DNA from: Octopus bimaculoides
Taxonomy: Eukaryota
Direction: 5' to 3'
Assembly (NCBI RefSeq): GCF_001194135.2
Contig: NC_068983.1
Location: 37,016,807 to 37,080,806 of the forward strand
Length of the DNA stretch: 64,000 nucleotides
Part shown: positions 37,709 through 50,082 of the stretch, one piece after another
Position numbering within the stretch: the stretch's first letter is position 1
Layout: the number at the start of each line of letters is the position of its first letter
Program-made: the position numbers and the translations under genes
The notes under the pieces: model-generated
What the model was told of the DNA's origin: nothing
Seen by the model: the letters and a program-made list of their open reading frames with translations, nothing else
The model's database searches: none

Positions 37709-39856
37709 AACATTGGTAAAGTTGCATCCCCAAAACTAGGATTCTGTTTTAGGGCTAGAAAATATGTCCTTGAACAGTCACTAAACCTCTTCAAATTTCA
37801 ACTAAACCTATCCTATACTACTAACACATTTCATATTGTACTGTTGCTACACACAAAATACTAGACCACATCCAAAGTGAGAGGCATTTTGACAAATGAT
37901 AGACAAAGATTTACTCCAACAACAAGCTCACAGCTACACCATTTATTCATGCCCTTTCTATTAAGTACTACAATGGCCTCTAATCTCCTGAATTGGTTAG
38001 TTGCATATCTTTTCCATCCAAGTCCACCTATCTTTCTTTCTTGTCCTCAAACATTTAATATGTAGCCTCAAGAAAACCTTCTTAGCCCACATTTTTCCTG
38101 CAGGTCTTCAAACCCCAACCAACCAAGAAGGCCTTACAAAGAGTGAACAATGTTAGTTGTTATCTGAAAAATATTTATCAAGCTTTCTAAATAGAGGAAA
38201 TGGAAAGTATTAATTTTATCCACTTTTCAAACTGACTTGGGATGAGTCCCCATCATCAGTGTCAACACATTCAAAGGAACCCCTTACATAGATGGTTTGG
38301 AGGACATCTTGCTTTTTTGGAATGATTTCTATGACTGGATGCCCTTCCTGACATCAATCAATTGGTGTAAGGAATATTGTTTTTTTTTTTTAATGGTACC
38401 AACATTTGAGAGGTAGCCATGTCCTTGACGAGACTTGATGTGTCCTTGACAAGAGGTCAAATCTCACTCGCCTAACACTTTATAGAGTGAAAGTCATGAA
38501 TGATAGCAGTATGAACAATACAGACGAGTGATAAGTGATGAGAAGAGTGTGATAGATGGATGAGTGATAGGGGTACTCTGTATTCCAAGACATACATACA
38601 TTGTGTGTAGTGTGACTCAGAGAATAGAGCAATGACAGAGGAAGAGCCAAGATACATGCATATAAAAGAGCAAGAGGAAGACGGTAAGTAAATGAGTGGG
38701 GTGATGACAAGCAGTGAGGAGGGTGAAGATAGAGTGTACTCGACACAATATGTCTAATGTGGTCTCTTATACAAGAAGGATAGGAGAGGTTGAGTGATGA
38801 GGGTGATGGTAGGGAAATAGAAAGTAAAATGGTCCCATATCAACAGATAGCATGACTGACGGTTAAGATATATATAATATATAGAGAGTCATTGATTGCA
38901 TTCACTTGTTTTATGTCCATTTTTCTATATTAGCATGGGTTAGATGAATGTACTATTGAAGTATCGTTTTACAGCACACACCCCTCCTGATGCTAATCTT
39001 TTGTTTTTCACTTCTTTCAGTCATTAGACTGTGGCCATGCTGGGGCAGCACCTTAAAGAATTTTAGTCAAACAAATCAACGCCAGTACTTACTTCTTTTT
39101 GTTTATTTTTAAGCCTTGTACTTGTTCCATCAGACTCATTTGCTGAACTGCTAAGTTATGTGTATGTAAACACACCCACATCAGTTGTCAAGCAATAGTA
39201 GGGGACAAACACAGATGCAAATACACACACACATATATATACGATAGGTTTCTTTCAGTTTCCGTTTAGCAAATCCATTCACAAAGTTATGGTCAGCTCA
39301 AGATTATAATACAAGACACTTGCCCAAGGTACCACACAGTGGAATTGAACCTGAAACCACATATTTAAAAAGTCCGGAAATTGCTCCTTACAGCTAAACC
39401 CACCCACCCCCAAGAAAAAACAGCCAATTCAATATTTATTGTTCAGAATAATGTAGAGGAGTAACAGAAACAGCTAAAAATTAGACCTTTAGCATTTAGT
39501 TCAATTCCTCTAACCTTTTGTCTTCCAATCTTCCTTACATTCTTGCAGAATGGATAGAATATTTTTTTACATATATGCACAGACATAAGTGTGGCAACAG
39601 GTGCAGGTTTGGCTTTGTGGTTGAGAAGTTTACTTCCCAGCCATGTGGTCTTGAGTTTAGTTCTGCTATTGCCTTGTACTGACCACAGCTTTGTGGATAG
39701 ATTTAGTGACTGGAGGTTGAAGGAGTTCTGTCATGTACATATGTGTGTGTTTTTGTCTTCACATCATGTGATGTTGTTCATTGCCTGTCTTCCAGGGTGA
39801 AAAATTACAAGCAACAAAATGATGATGAGAGTTGGTAATGAATTTTGTTTGATGAA

Positions 39857-40074
39857 TCATCATCATCATCATTTGACGTCCGTTTTTCCATGCTGGCATG
39901 GGTTGAACAGTTTGACTGAAAACTGGGGAGCTGCACCAGGTATCAATCTGATTTGCTATATACAGTAGTAGAAACCATACCAAATCAAATTGAAACATGA
40001 TGCAGCTCCCCAGCTTACCAGTCAAACCATCCAACCCATGGAAAACAGATGTTAAATGATGATGATGATGATGA
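39857..40074. repeat. Head-to-head pair of RTE-tail fragments forming a foldback
   Basis: (CAT)n TTGACGTCCGTTTTTCCATG...GGGGAGCTGCA...ATCTGATTTG, about 25-nt spacer, then CAAATCAAAT...TGCAGCTCCCC...CCATGGAAAACAGATGTTAAA(TGA)n. Confidence 0.85.
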
Positions 40075-41099
40075 ATTTTGATGAATTTCACAAGCATGGA
40101 AAAGTGGATGTTAAATGATGACAATATCATATAATACTGGGACCAATTTTGAGTGATAGATCTAACACGCAACCTAGTTTAACACAACCACATAGTCATT
40201 GAGTGCCTTTAGTTTTTCTTGTGAGTCTTCAGGGCTAAATCTTGGATGATTAGTAAAGATCATAGGCACTCCCTATCTACACTATTTATCATCATTATCA
40301 TTTAACATCCTGGCATGGACTGTATTGTGCCCTACAATCTATTTTGACAGGGTTTCTACAGCTGGATTATTTTCCTAATGTCAACCACTTTACAACATGT
40401 ATTGAGTACTTTATTTATGCTACCAGTAGTGGTGAGATCACCATGCATCTTGCAAAATTACAAACACCAAGAGAGACAGCTTTATGCAAGTATATGAAGG
40501 ATTAAAGTGTGAGAAGGGGCCAGAGTAGAAGAGCTCTTGTTGTAGAAGGGCCACATGACTACTCACATTTTAGAAGAGGTGTGAAGGTGATTAGGATGGA
40601 GTGGGGAAAAGATAAAAAATAATAGATGAGGCATCACCCTCAAGGTAGGAGATGGGTAAAACAAAAAGCGACAAAAGAATCAGGATTATTGGTGGGTGGA
40701 GGTTGCAGGGGTGTACAGGAGAGTGAAATGGGGAATGGGTGAGCATAATGAATGAGGAACAGGTGTTTAGTGGATGGAAGGTAGGGAAGAGTTGGAGTAG
40801 GTAACAACTGTAAAGATTGGGTAGGGTTGAGGAGTGACTGCAATAAATGATGAATGAAGGATGGGGTTGAGGTGACCAATAATGATGGAGGGGGGGGGGT
40901 CATCATTTTAGAAACATACAAAAAGTTTTTCAAAAATCAACAAAACTACTTCACCAAATCTGTGGTCTTATGTTAATGTAGAAAATGAAGTTATAATTTA
41001 AAATACATATAAATCAATGATGAAACTAACACCAATCATGAAAACTTTTAAACAAAGCAGCCAGTCTTGCTCTGTTTTTAGATCAGTTATTTTTGCTTT

Positions 41100-41630
41100 T
41101 GAAATTCGACAACTGGCACCCATGCCAACATCGTCTCCTTCATTGGACATGAAACTCGGCTTGTGAAGACCTGTTGGGGCAAGCGAAAACAAAATCGTGA
41201 TGGATGGCACCTGTGCCCAGCGTCACCTTCCTGACACTTGTGCTGGTGGCATGTGTAAAGACATTCGAGCGAGATTGCGCCAGTGCCACTGGACTGGCTC
41301 CTGTGCAGGTGGCACGTAAAATACACCATTTTGAGCGTGGCCGTTGCCAGTACCACCTGACTGGCCTTTGTGCCGGTGGCACGTAAAAGCACCCACTACA
41401 CTCTCGAAGTGGTTGGCATTAGGAAGGGCATCCGGCTGNNNNNNNNNNGCCGGTGGCACGTAAAAGCACCCACTACACTCTCGAAGTGGTTGGCATTAGG
41501 AAGGGCATCCGGCTGTAGAAACTCTGCCAAATCAGATTGGAGCCTGGTGCAGCCATCTGGTTCACCAGTCCTCAGTCAAATTGTCCAACCCATGCTAGCA
41601 TGGAAGGTGAACGTTAAATGATGATGATGA
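41100..41630 (+). mobile_element. Long RTE 3'-tail repeat (contains a 10-N gap)
   Basis: Reverse complement of much of 50083-50600; ends in GATGATGATGA. Confidence 0.88.
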
Positions 41631-42082
41631 AGTGGGGAATGAAAATTGAATTAAATCACAAAAAGAGATCTATACAATTTATTTATATACAAATTCTATC
41701 GTGTTGTTGGTCCCCTCAAATAGCAACTAATGCCATTGTGCTTAAGGACATTGTCAGAATATAAATGACCTTGCATGTTCTAAAAGCAACAATCTTTCAT
41801 GGAATTTCAGATAGCTTATTTGTGCAATCAGTCAAGTTAGACTGAGAAAGAATGAAGAAGAGGAAAAATCAGATGATTGCTGTTACTGTACCATGAGTGA
41901 GTTGTATGAATGAGTAAGGGGTGCAAATAGTCAGTCAGTCAGTTCAAACAAGTACAGAGATTGTTGCTACATCAGCAAAAGAAACAAAATAAGGATGCAG
42001 CTCGGCAGTGTGCCAATAATTGGTATGTGTTGATATCTGAAGTGTGTTGTTGTTATTGCTTAGCTCCAGATCAGCTGTGTAT

Positions 42083-42310
42083 GAGCAAATCATCATCATC
42101 ATCGTTTAACGTCCGCTTTCCATGCTAGCATGGGTTGGACAATTTGACTGAGGACTGGTGAACCAGATGGCTGCACCAGGCTCCAATCTGATTTGGCAGA
42201 GTTTCTACAACTGGATGCCCTTCCTAATGCCAACCACTCCGAGAGTGTAGTGGGTGCTTTTACGTGCCACCGGCACGAAGGCCAGTCAGGCGGTACTGGC
42301 AATGGCCACA
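42083..42310 (-). mobile_element. RTE 3'-tail repeat
   Basis: (CAT)n CGTTTAACGTCCGCTTTCC...GGCAATGGCCACA. Additional copies at about 34200-34345, 40290-40460, 47910-48100, 50860-51030 (all -). Confidence 0.9.
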
Positions 42311-42860
42311 TCAGGTTTTACTTTTTCAGACATTGGACTGCAGCCATGTTGGAGCAGCTCCTTGAAGAGTTTAGTTGAACAAACTTGAACTTATTTTCCA
42401 GTCTAGTACTTGTTCTGTTGGACTCTTCAACCAAAACCACAAAATTACAAGGGCTTAAACAAACCAACACCAGTTGTCAAGTGGAGGCAGTGGACAAACA
42501 CACACACACACACATATGACAGGCATCTTTCACTTCCTATGTAGCAAATTCACTCACAAGGCTTTGGTCGGCTTGTAGCTATAGTAGAAAACACTTGTCC
42601 AACATGCTACAGAGTGGGACTGAACCTGGAACCATGTGGTTGGGAAGCAAGCTTCTTACCACACTGTCACATGTTTATTAATTTACATTCATTTAAAATT
42701 CAATGCTTCTTAGGATGAGAGAAAGAAGGAGAAAGAGAAAATGTTTTGTATGTTGCTTTCTGAAGATGAGACGAGCAAAAAGTATTATATCAAATGTTAG
42801 AAAATTATATTTTTACTTAGTTAAACTGAAATATATATCCCCCCACCCCTACATATATAA

Positions 42861-43744
42861 GGCATACCTACACAAGTGTGACCCCCACTGACTTTCAGAA
42901 AAATGGATATTTTTTCATCAAATTTCCTACTAATACACATCAGATGGTGTAGATTCTGATTATAACGGAATTTAAAATGGTAAAAAAAAATGNNNNNNNN
43001 NNNNNNNNNNNNNNNNNNNNNNNNNNNNNNNNNNNNNNNNNNNNNNNNNNNNNNNNNNNNNNNNNNNNNNNNNNNNNNNNNNNNNNNNNNNNNNNNNNNN
43101 NNNNNNNNNNNNNNNNNNNNNNNNNNNNNNNNNNNNNNNNNNNNNNNNNNNNNNNNNNNNNNNNNNNNNNNNNNNNNNNNNNNNNNNNNNNNNNNNNNNN
43201 NNNNNNNNNNNNNNNNNNNNNNNNNNNNNNNNNNNNNNNNNNNNNNNNNNNNNNNNNNNNNNNNNNNNNNNNAACTGTCAGATTATATCGGAATCTAATA
43301 TGGTTAAAAAAATTTTTTAAATAGTGGCTGCGCACACATACATACCAATATACATCACAAGTTTTTCAAAATTTCAGATTTCATTTTGTAGGTGTATGTG
43401 GTGTGATGTTAGTATGTACGTATGTGCGCCCACCAATTTTTTTTTTTTTTTTCCATATTAAATTCCGATATAATTGTAATCTACATATTCTGAAAAGTAT
43501 TTGTACAGAATTTCATTGGAAAATACCCAGTTTTTTAAAGTTATGAGGAAACAAAGCCGACTCGTGTGAATTATTTGAAACTCCTCTCCCCATCCTCGAA
43601 AAACTTTTTCACAGCAAATTCCAATATAATCGGTATCTTCATAATCTGAAGTGCATTTGTAGAAAATTTCGTCAAAAAAATATCATATTTCGGAAAGTTA
43701 TGAGGCTACAAAGTCGGGTGGGGGCACAAATGTGAAGGTATGCC
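42861..43744. mobile_element. Foldback-type DNA element with long modular inverted repeats (spans a 280-N gap)
   Basis: Ends GGCATACCT / AGGTATGCC. About 130 bp of imperfect terminal inversion, an inner inverted pair (43280-43345 vs 43410-43480) and direct subrepeats ending AAAGTTATGAGG (43548, 43705). Confidence 0.7.
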
Positions 43745-44175
43745 ATATCTATCTCGCTATCTAAATATATTCACTCTTGGCCCCTTTTCTGGGAGTGTAT
43801 TTATGTTAGGTTATCATTGAGTCGACGACCTTCAAGACATGATATAAGGTGACTATAGATTGGCGTCTGTCAAAACATTTCGGATAAACACCTGCTTTTA
43901 GTTGTGGTTTAGCTCCCGGTGAATCAAACGCATTCCAGTCGAGACCATTCCATATTTTCCCCATGAGTAGGATCCCAGGACCAAATAATCTAACGTCTTT
44001 TTTCTTTTTGTTCTCCAAGAAATGTTTGGAGACCGGGTAGGAGATTTTTTAGAATTTACAGCGGCAAGGAAGTAAATAAATATCAAAAGATATATATTAA
44101 ATTTGTAATGTTATATGTTAATATTTTATACATTAATTTTATACATTAATAAAAGGAAATATGAAATCCCAACTA

Positions 44176-44181
44176 TCTCTA

Positions 44182-44215
<34 letters not shown>

Positions 44216-44257
44216 ATTCTGTTTACATCGTGAATATGCGGGTTCGTATCCTGCTAG
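44176..44257 (+). mobile_element. Possible mini-Helitron (about 82 bp)
   Basis: A|TCTCTATC..TATATATAA start; GCGGG-TTCGTAT-CCTGC hairpin then CTAG|T end. Confidence 0.4.
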
Positions 44258-45188
44258 TAGCCTTCGCTCTTTTATCTGTCCAAGTGATGTTTTTTTTAAA
44301 TCCAGTATATTAGTATATTACACGCAGTTATTCATAGGATAATACCCATTTCTCACTTCGAGATTCACCCTTCAAACATATTTCATGTAATTTCTTTTCC
44401 TTCACCACATGGAACATTTTTTTTTTTTTAATTTCCGAAAGATAGTAAAAGGAAGCTAATTTATTTGAATAAATTATATATATGTGTGTGTGTTTGTATG
44501 TATTCAATGTTGTTTTATTACTTGATGTATCTCATCGTTTTATAAAGTTTGGCAAGTCGCTGTTTTAATTAAAATAAAAACAACTACAATTTACGAAAGT
44601 GATTGAACGGAGCGAAAACTCAAAAGGGAAAAAGAATCTGAAGAGATCCGTTCCTATCAACACTTTCACTAACGATAGTAATAGATTTCTCATATAGTAT
44701 TTATAATACAAATCAAATTAATTAATAGATGCGCTCGAGATATCTTAGGCAAAGTGAATGTATTGAGAGTGACTTGAAGCAGAAAAAACATTTAAACTAT
44801 TCCGGCCGCTTCACCACCATCAACAGCAACTGACCGGAATGAAAGAGATATCACACGCACCTGATATATTCCAGTAAAAAAAAAGTTGGTTTTCATCAAA
44901 ATATATATTATATTTATCTAAAATTTTCAATTTACATACTAGGTTATATTTCTTCTCTATTTTCCCTTGATTTTTGTTTAATAAGACTTTAAATAGAATA
45001 ATGATTAGGAACGGCGTTGTGAAATAACAAGATATGATACATGCATAAGGTCAGAAGCTGTTGCAAGATACGAATGAAAAAGGGAAATTATTTTCAATGA
45101 CAAAGCTAAAACTTGATCTTAGATTAATTTACGACTATTCTAAATGCAATCATCTCACTAATCGAAACAGAAAATGTGAACTTATTAC

Positions 45189-45242
45189 CTGCGATAAAGC
45201 AAAAGCGAGTCGGTTGACTTTGAGAAACAGGCGAGAAGCCAT
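45189..45242 (-). CDS. IDH3A: IDH3A exon 1: MASRLFLKVNRLAFALSQ (mitochondrial presequence)
   Basis: AGAAAG ATG G Kozak-like context in a CpG-enriched patch; Arg/Leu/Ser-rich with no acidic residues; donor CAG|GTAATA, phase 0. Confidence 0.8.
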
Positions 45243-45246
45243 CTTT
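45238..45246 (-). promoter_or_regulatory. YY1-type motif (AAAGATGGC) overlapping the IDH3A start codon
   Basis: Plus-strand GCCATCTTT matches the YY1 core CCATNTT; function is inferred. Confidence 0.4.
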
Positions 45247-45292
45247 CTGGTATAATGACCTTGCACTGAAGTCGACGAGATTGACTCCACGC

Positions 45293-45303
45293 TGCGCATG
45301 CGC
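45293..45303. promoter_or_regulatory. NRF-1/Ewg/P3A2-type palindrome TGCGCATGCGC
   Basis: Match to the YGCGCAYGCGC core of the NRF-1 consensus, 51 bp upstream of the IDH3A ATG. Confidence 0.65.
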
Positions 45304-46289
45304 TTATGTCTTTTCTCATTTCCCCGCAAACCCGGCTCCTCAGAACCCTGTTTAACCACAGGTGTCATGACAGAAGCCTCTACATGGTCGCTTGATCTGT
45401 AAGAAATAGCAGCCAAATCTTCCACTAATCAAACTCTATTGTCTTTCATGATAATAATTTTAAAAAAAACAGAATGGATGCAAGGCTAATATAGTTCTAG
45501 GTTTCCTACATCCTTGCACACAGAAAAAGGATGGTCACGGCTGGAATGTCTTTGATCATACGTTTGCTTGATTAGGACTGACCTGGAGTTAAAGGATTAA
45601 ATAACACCTGAATAGTCACAGTCAACGAGGATGCGTCTGCCTCTACGTGGTCACTCAATTTGCAAAAAACATAGCAGCCAGATTTTCCACAAATCACAAT
45701 TATCGTCTTAAAAGAGATATCCTGGATAATGTAGTTGTAGGTTTATTGCTCATAAGAAAAATTCGGGATGATCACGGTTGGGGTGTCTTTGATGATAAGG
45801 TTGATCAACGAGGGCTCACCTGTAGTTAAACAGTAGCATCAACTCAACAATCAATATGCTTTTATGTGGCCACTCTATCTGCTAGAAATAGCGACGAAAT
45901 CTCCCACATTGCAATCTATTGTATTGAAAATAGTGGTATGGATAACATGATTTGGGGTTCCCTGCATACAGAAAATATGGGATGGCCACGGTTGGAATAC
46001 CCTTGATTATAAGTTTGCTGATCTAGGGGTAAAAACAATAGCAACAACTGCTCAATGGTCATAGAAATAATAATGGGCTTATTACATAGTGTGCCCAAGT
46101 GTACAACAATTATCATTTCTCCTATATGCTCAGGAGTTGTAGCACTCAGGTGCACTACAACTCATTGGAAAAGTGTAAAAGAGGGCACGGAACTCAGCAA
46201 CAATTCAAGTAAAGAAAGGCAGCAATGATAACTGAAAGATCTAGTCACTATAAGTATCGAAGAAACACACCTATACCAATACAGAATAT

Positions 46290-46640
46290 TATAACTAAAA
46301 GTTTTCACAAACCTAATAAATGCCAGGCCTCAGTGTCTGATCACCTTTCCAAGAGAACATGGCAATCAACAATAGTCACAACTGCATCTCATAAACTAGA
46401 CTTCCTATTCAGGGCTAGAAATACTTCAACCATAAGCAGTTGCTCACTTTGCAATATACAAATATGATCCTTACTGGAGTACTGCTCACATATCTAAGAC
46501 GGAGTAGCTACAATACACTCCAATATTCTAGATCAAACTCTAAAATGTCATAAAAGTCCTTGAACTCATTAACATATTACAGCCTCTAACACATAGTGTT
46601 TTAGCAGGGATACCACCAAAACATGAGGTAAACACTGCAT
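46290..46640 (+). mobile_element. Decayed Jockey/CR1-group LINE RT C-terminal remnant
   Basis: ASHKLDFLFRARN...LLEYCSHI*...ILDQ resembles A..KLGFLFRAR..F...RP.LEYCSHIW. Confidence 0.6.
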
Positions 46641-47501
46641 CTCCTGGAAAAATTCAAAAGCAAAAAATTCTTCAGACGAAAGGAGAAAGTTCTAGAGACG
46701 GGGTCACCAATAAACTCAGTGTTTATGGAACAAGAGAAGTGCAAAATTTAAGAAGCAACTTGTTAGAATATACATGTCTGTGAGGAGACATAAACAAGAA
46801 TAGCTAAAATCTACTATACCAAAAGAACTGGTAAGACATACATTAAAAGTGTTCTATGAAGAGAACATAAGATTGCTGCATAATTCAACATGAATGTGAA
46901 ATGACATTAAACATTGTATAAGGTAAATGAAGGTTTCTGCAGGAATACTAAAAGTCATATTCACTTTGTGAGTTTACGTATGTGAAGGTGAATTATGATG
47001 TTGTTGTCAGCATTAGATGCAGTAAGAGCTAGTAGCAGCAATATTGGCAGTGATGAATTTCATTGTGTCGTAACATGGAGAAAGCAAGCAATAACTTCCT
47101 GGTGGCAAGCTAGACTCCCTAAGCGGAGAAAAACTGATCTATTTAAGGAAATTGCAAGGCTCCACAAAGATGTAGAAGGTTTTTCTGCCAAGAGAACACG
47201 TGATCCATTTGAGGGCATCTGATTGATTGACCAGGTAGTTTGGCATAATTGTTTCAAGGACAAATTGTGCCTAAAAACTAACTAATCAGAGCAAATGGTT
47301 AAAACACGATCTTTATAGCTAAGTGTTCTCTGCTATGTCCAAACAACAACTATAAATAAAAGGGAGAGAGAATAGTTTGTCATTTATGCTTTTGTCAATC
47401 CATTCTGCTACAGTGTCTTTCAATCTCTTCTGCTACTACAAAAACTCCATCTCCTTTAAATAACAGTGTATCACTTCTGCTCCCAGCACTCCTCTCATCC
47501 A

Positions 47502-47726
47502 TTAACCCTATAGCATTTAAACCAGCCATATCCAGCCAAAATATTCTAATTGTTTTATGTTCAGGCCAGCCAGATTTGGCTTCTCATACATTACCTTACC
47601 ATGTCATTCTAAAAATACTCTATCACACCATCAAAATCTTAAAGCTATGAGATAATGAATGATAAGTTTAAAACAGTGTGAATAAGCGTTATATTTGACT
47701 GAATAATCTGAAAGCTAAAAGGTTAA
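47502..47726. mobile_element. piggyBac-like MITE
   Basis: TTAA|CCCTATAGC ... GCTAAAAGG|TTAA; a related partial copy lies at about 7520-7615(-). Confidence 0.75.
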
Positions 47727-50082
47727 ATTCCATGTGAACAGAGACCTTAAAAATATCTTCCAGTGCCAACATAACAATCCATTCACATCTAACAAAATCA
47801 AAAGAAACACATCTACAACAATGCAATATAGGACTAAAATCTTCATAAACTTTATAAATGCTAGGCTTCACTCTTTGATCATCTTTTCTAGGGACCTTGT
47901 AACAATGTAACCATCATCATCATTTTACATCTGCTTTCCATGCTGGCATAGGTTGTATAGTTTGACTGAAACCTGGTAAGCTGGTGGGGGCTGCCACAGG
48001 TTCCAATCTGATTTGGCAAGGTTTCTATAGCTGGATGCCCTTCTTAATGCCAACCACTCCGAGAGTGTAGTGGAGGTTTTTTTACATGCCACCGGCACCA
48101 TTTAAGGTAAACTCTTCCATACTAAGGATGCTGCTGTACTTCATTTCTGGATGCAGGAATCAGTGTTTCATCAGGCAGTGCAGCAGCTCTGTAAGTGTTT
48201 TGGCCCCTTCCACTGTAACACCAGGGCTGCCCGAGGCCACCCATTGTTGTAGGTGACAAAACTCTCACACAACAGCCCAACCGTTGTAGAGTCAGATATT
48301 TCAACTCTGGGTCAGATGTCTCCATCATTTCCAATGCTCAAACTTACTGCACCACTCATCCTCTCTCTTGAGCCAAAGCTTCCCATTTATGTGACACAAA
48401 AACACAGCAAAATATTATTATTGTTATTAATAAGAGGAAAAAAGCATAACTTTATTTAGTTCTTCATTTATTGACATGTTTAGTTCAATTTTACTTCATC
48501 AGAAGAGTAACTCTTTCAATGTCCATATTTGTTATTGCTGTTTAGTGTCAGTTCAGTCTTGATTTGGCAGGTGTTCCTGTTGTAATCATCCAGACAACTA
48601 CAGGGTCTGATTTATCCTTCTTTATTTATGGTTTTATTTATGGAGTTGTTAAAACATTGGATAGAATGCTTCATGATATTTTCTCCAATTCTAAGGTGGT
48701 GAGCTGGCAGAATTGCTAGCATGCCAAGCAAAATGCTTGACAGCATTTTGTCTATCTTTATGTTCTGAGTTCAAATTCCACAGAGGTCAACTTTGCCTTT
48801 CATCTTTTTGGGGTCGATTAAATAAGTACTAGTTGAGCAATAGGGTCAATGAAATCAACTGACCCCCTTCCCACCAATCGCTTGCTTTATATCAAGATTT
48901 GAAACTGATATTTGCTCTAACTCTCTATTCTGAATTCAAACCTTACTGAGGTCAACTTTGCCTCTCATCCTTTTGAGGAGTTATAAACTGTACCAAACCA
49001 AAGAGGTCACTGATTTTTAAAAAATACACCTGTCCTTGTTTATCACAGGGTTTGTTATGTTTATTTTTAATAAAAATGATGATAAAGAAATCAACTCCAT
49101 GCACTTCATAATTGAAACAAATGATAGATTCATTGGCATCAAACTTGCAGCCCATAGCAGTGAAGCTTCTATTGTTACATATTTCCTTGATCGTTTTTAC
49201 CTTTTCCTGTAGAGAATACCTTCATGTACTTTGTTTGTTAAGATCAGTCAATTTCATATTTTTCTGTTCACTGCTCTCATGTTGATGGGAGGAAGTACAT
49301 GAATCCATATAAAAAATACGCAGCCTTGCAGCACAGTCATGTGAATGCAAGCTTACCACATTGGCAGTTGATTGAGCCTATTTTCTGTACATTTTCGGTG
49401 TTTATTGCATTCTGGGTAGCTGAGCATTCTGATTGGTTCCTGAGGTGTATTTTTGAAGTACAAACAAAAATGGGTTGTACCTGTAATTCAAAGGGCCAGT
49501 CTTGTCACATTCTGTGTCACATTGAATCTCTCTGAGAACTACGTTAAAGGTACATGTGTCTGTGGAGTGCTCAGACACTTGCACATTAATTTCATAAGCT
49601 GGCTGTTCCATTGATCGAATCAACTGGAACCTTTGTCATTGTCAGAACCAATTGAGTACCAGTCTGCCAATGTATCACACTGTACTGGTACAGTTTTTTC
49701 TTCGTCCCCGAAAAAATAAAAGGCAAAGTTGGCCTCAGCAAGATCTGAACTTAGAGAGTTGGAATAAATGCCATGAGACATTCCATTTAATTGATTAAAA
49801 ATTCTGATAATTCACCACTTTGTGTGTATAATTAGTTAAACATAGTCTGATGATGCAAACAGGAAAAATAGAACTCAAAACATATCTTTTAGCTTTTACT
49901 TGTTTCAGTCATTAGACTGTAGCCATGCTGGGGCATGACCTTGAAGAATTTTTAGTCAAATGAATCACCCTCAGAACTTCTTAAAGCCTGGTACTTATTC
50001 TATTGGTTTCTTTTACTGAACTGCTAAGTTACAGAGATATCTAACACACAAACATACATGTATGTGTGTATATATATATATA

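Noticed and set aside
41372-41515. Exact 67-bp tandem duplication around a 10-N gap
   Set aside because: Typical unmerged contig overlap (assembly artefact).
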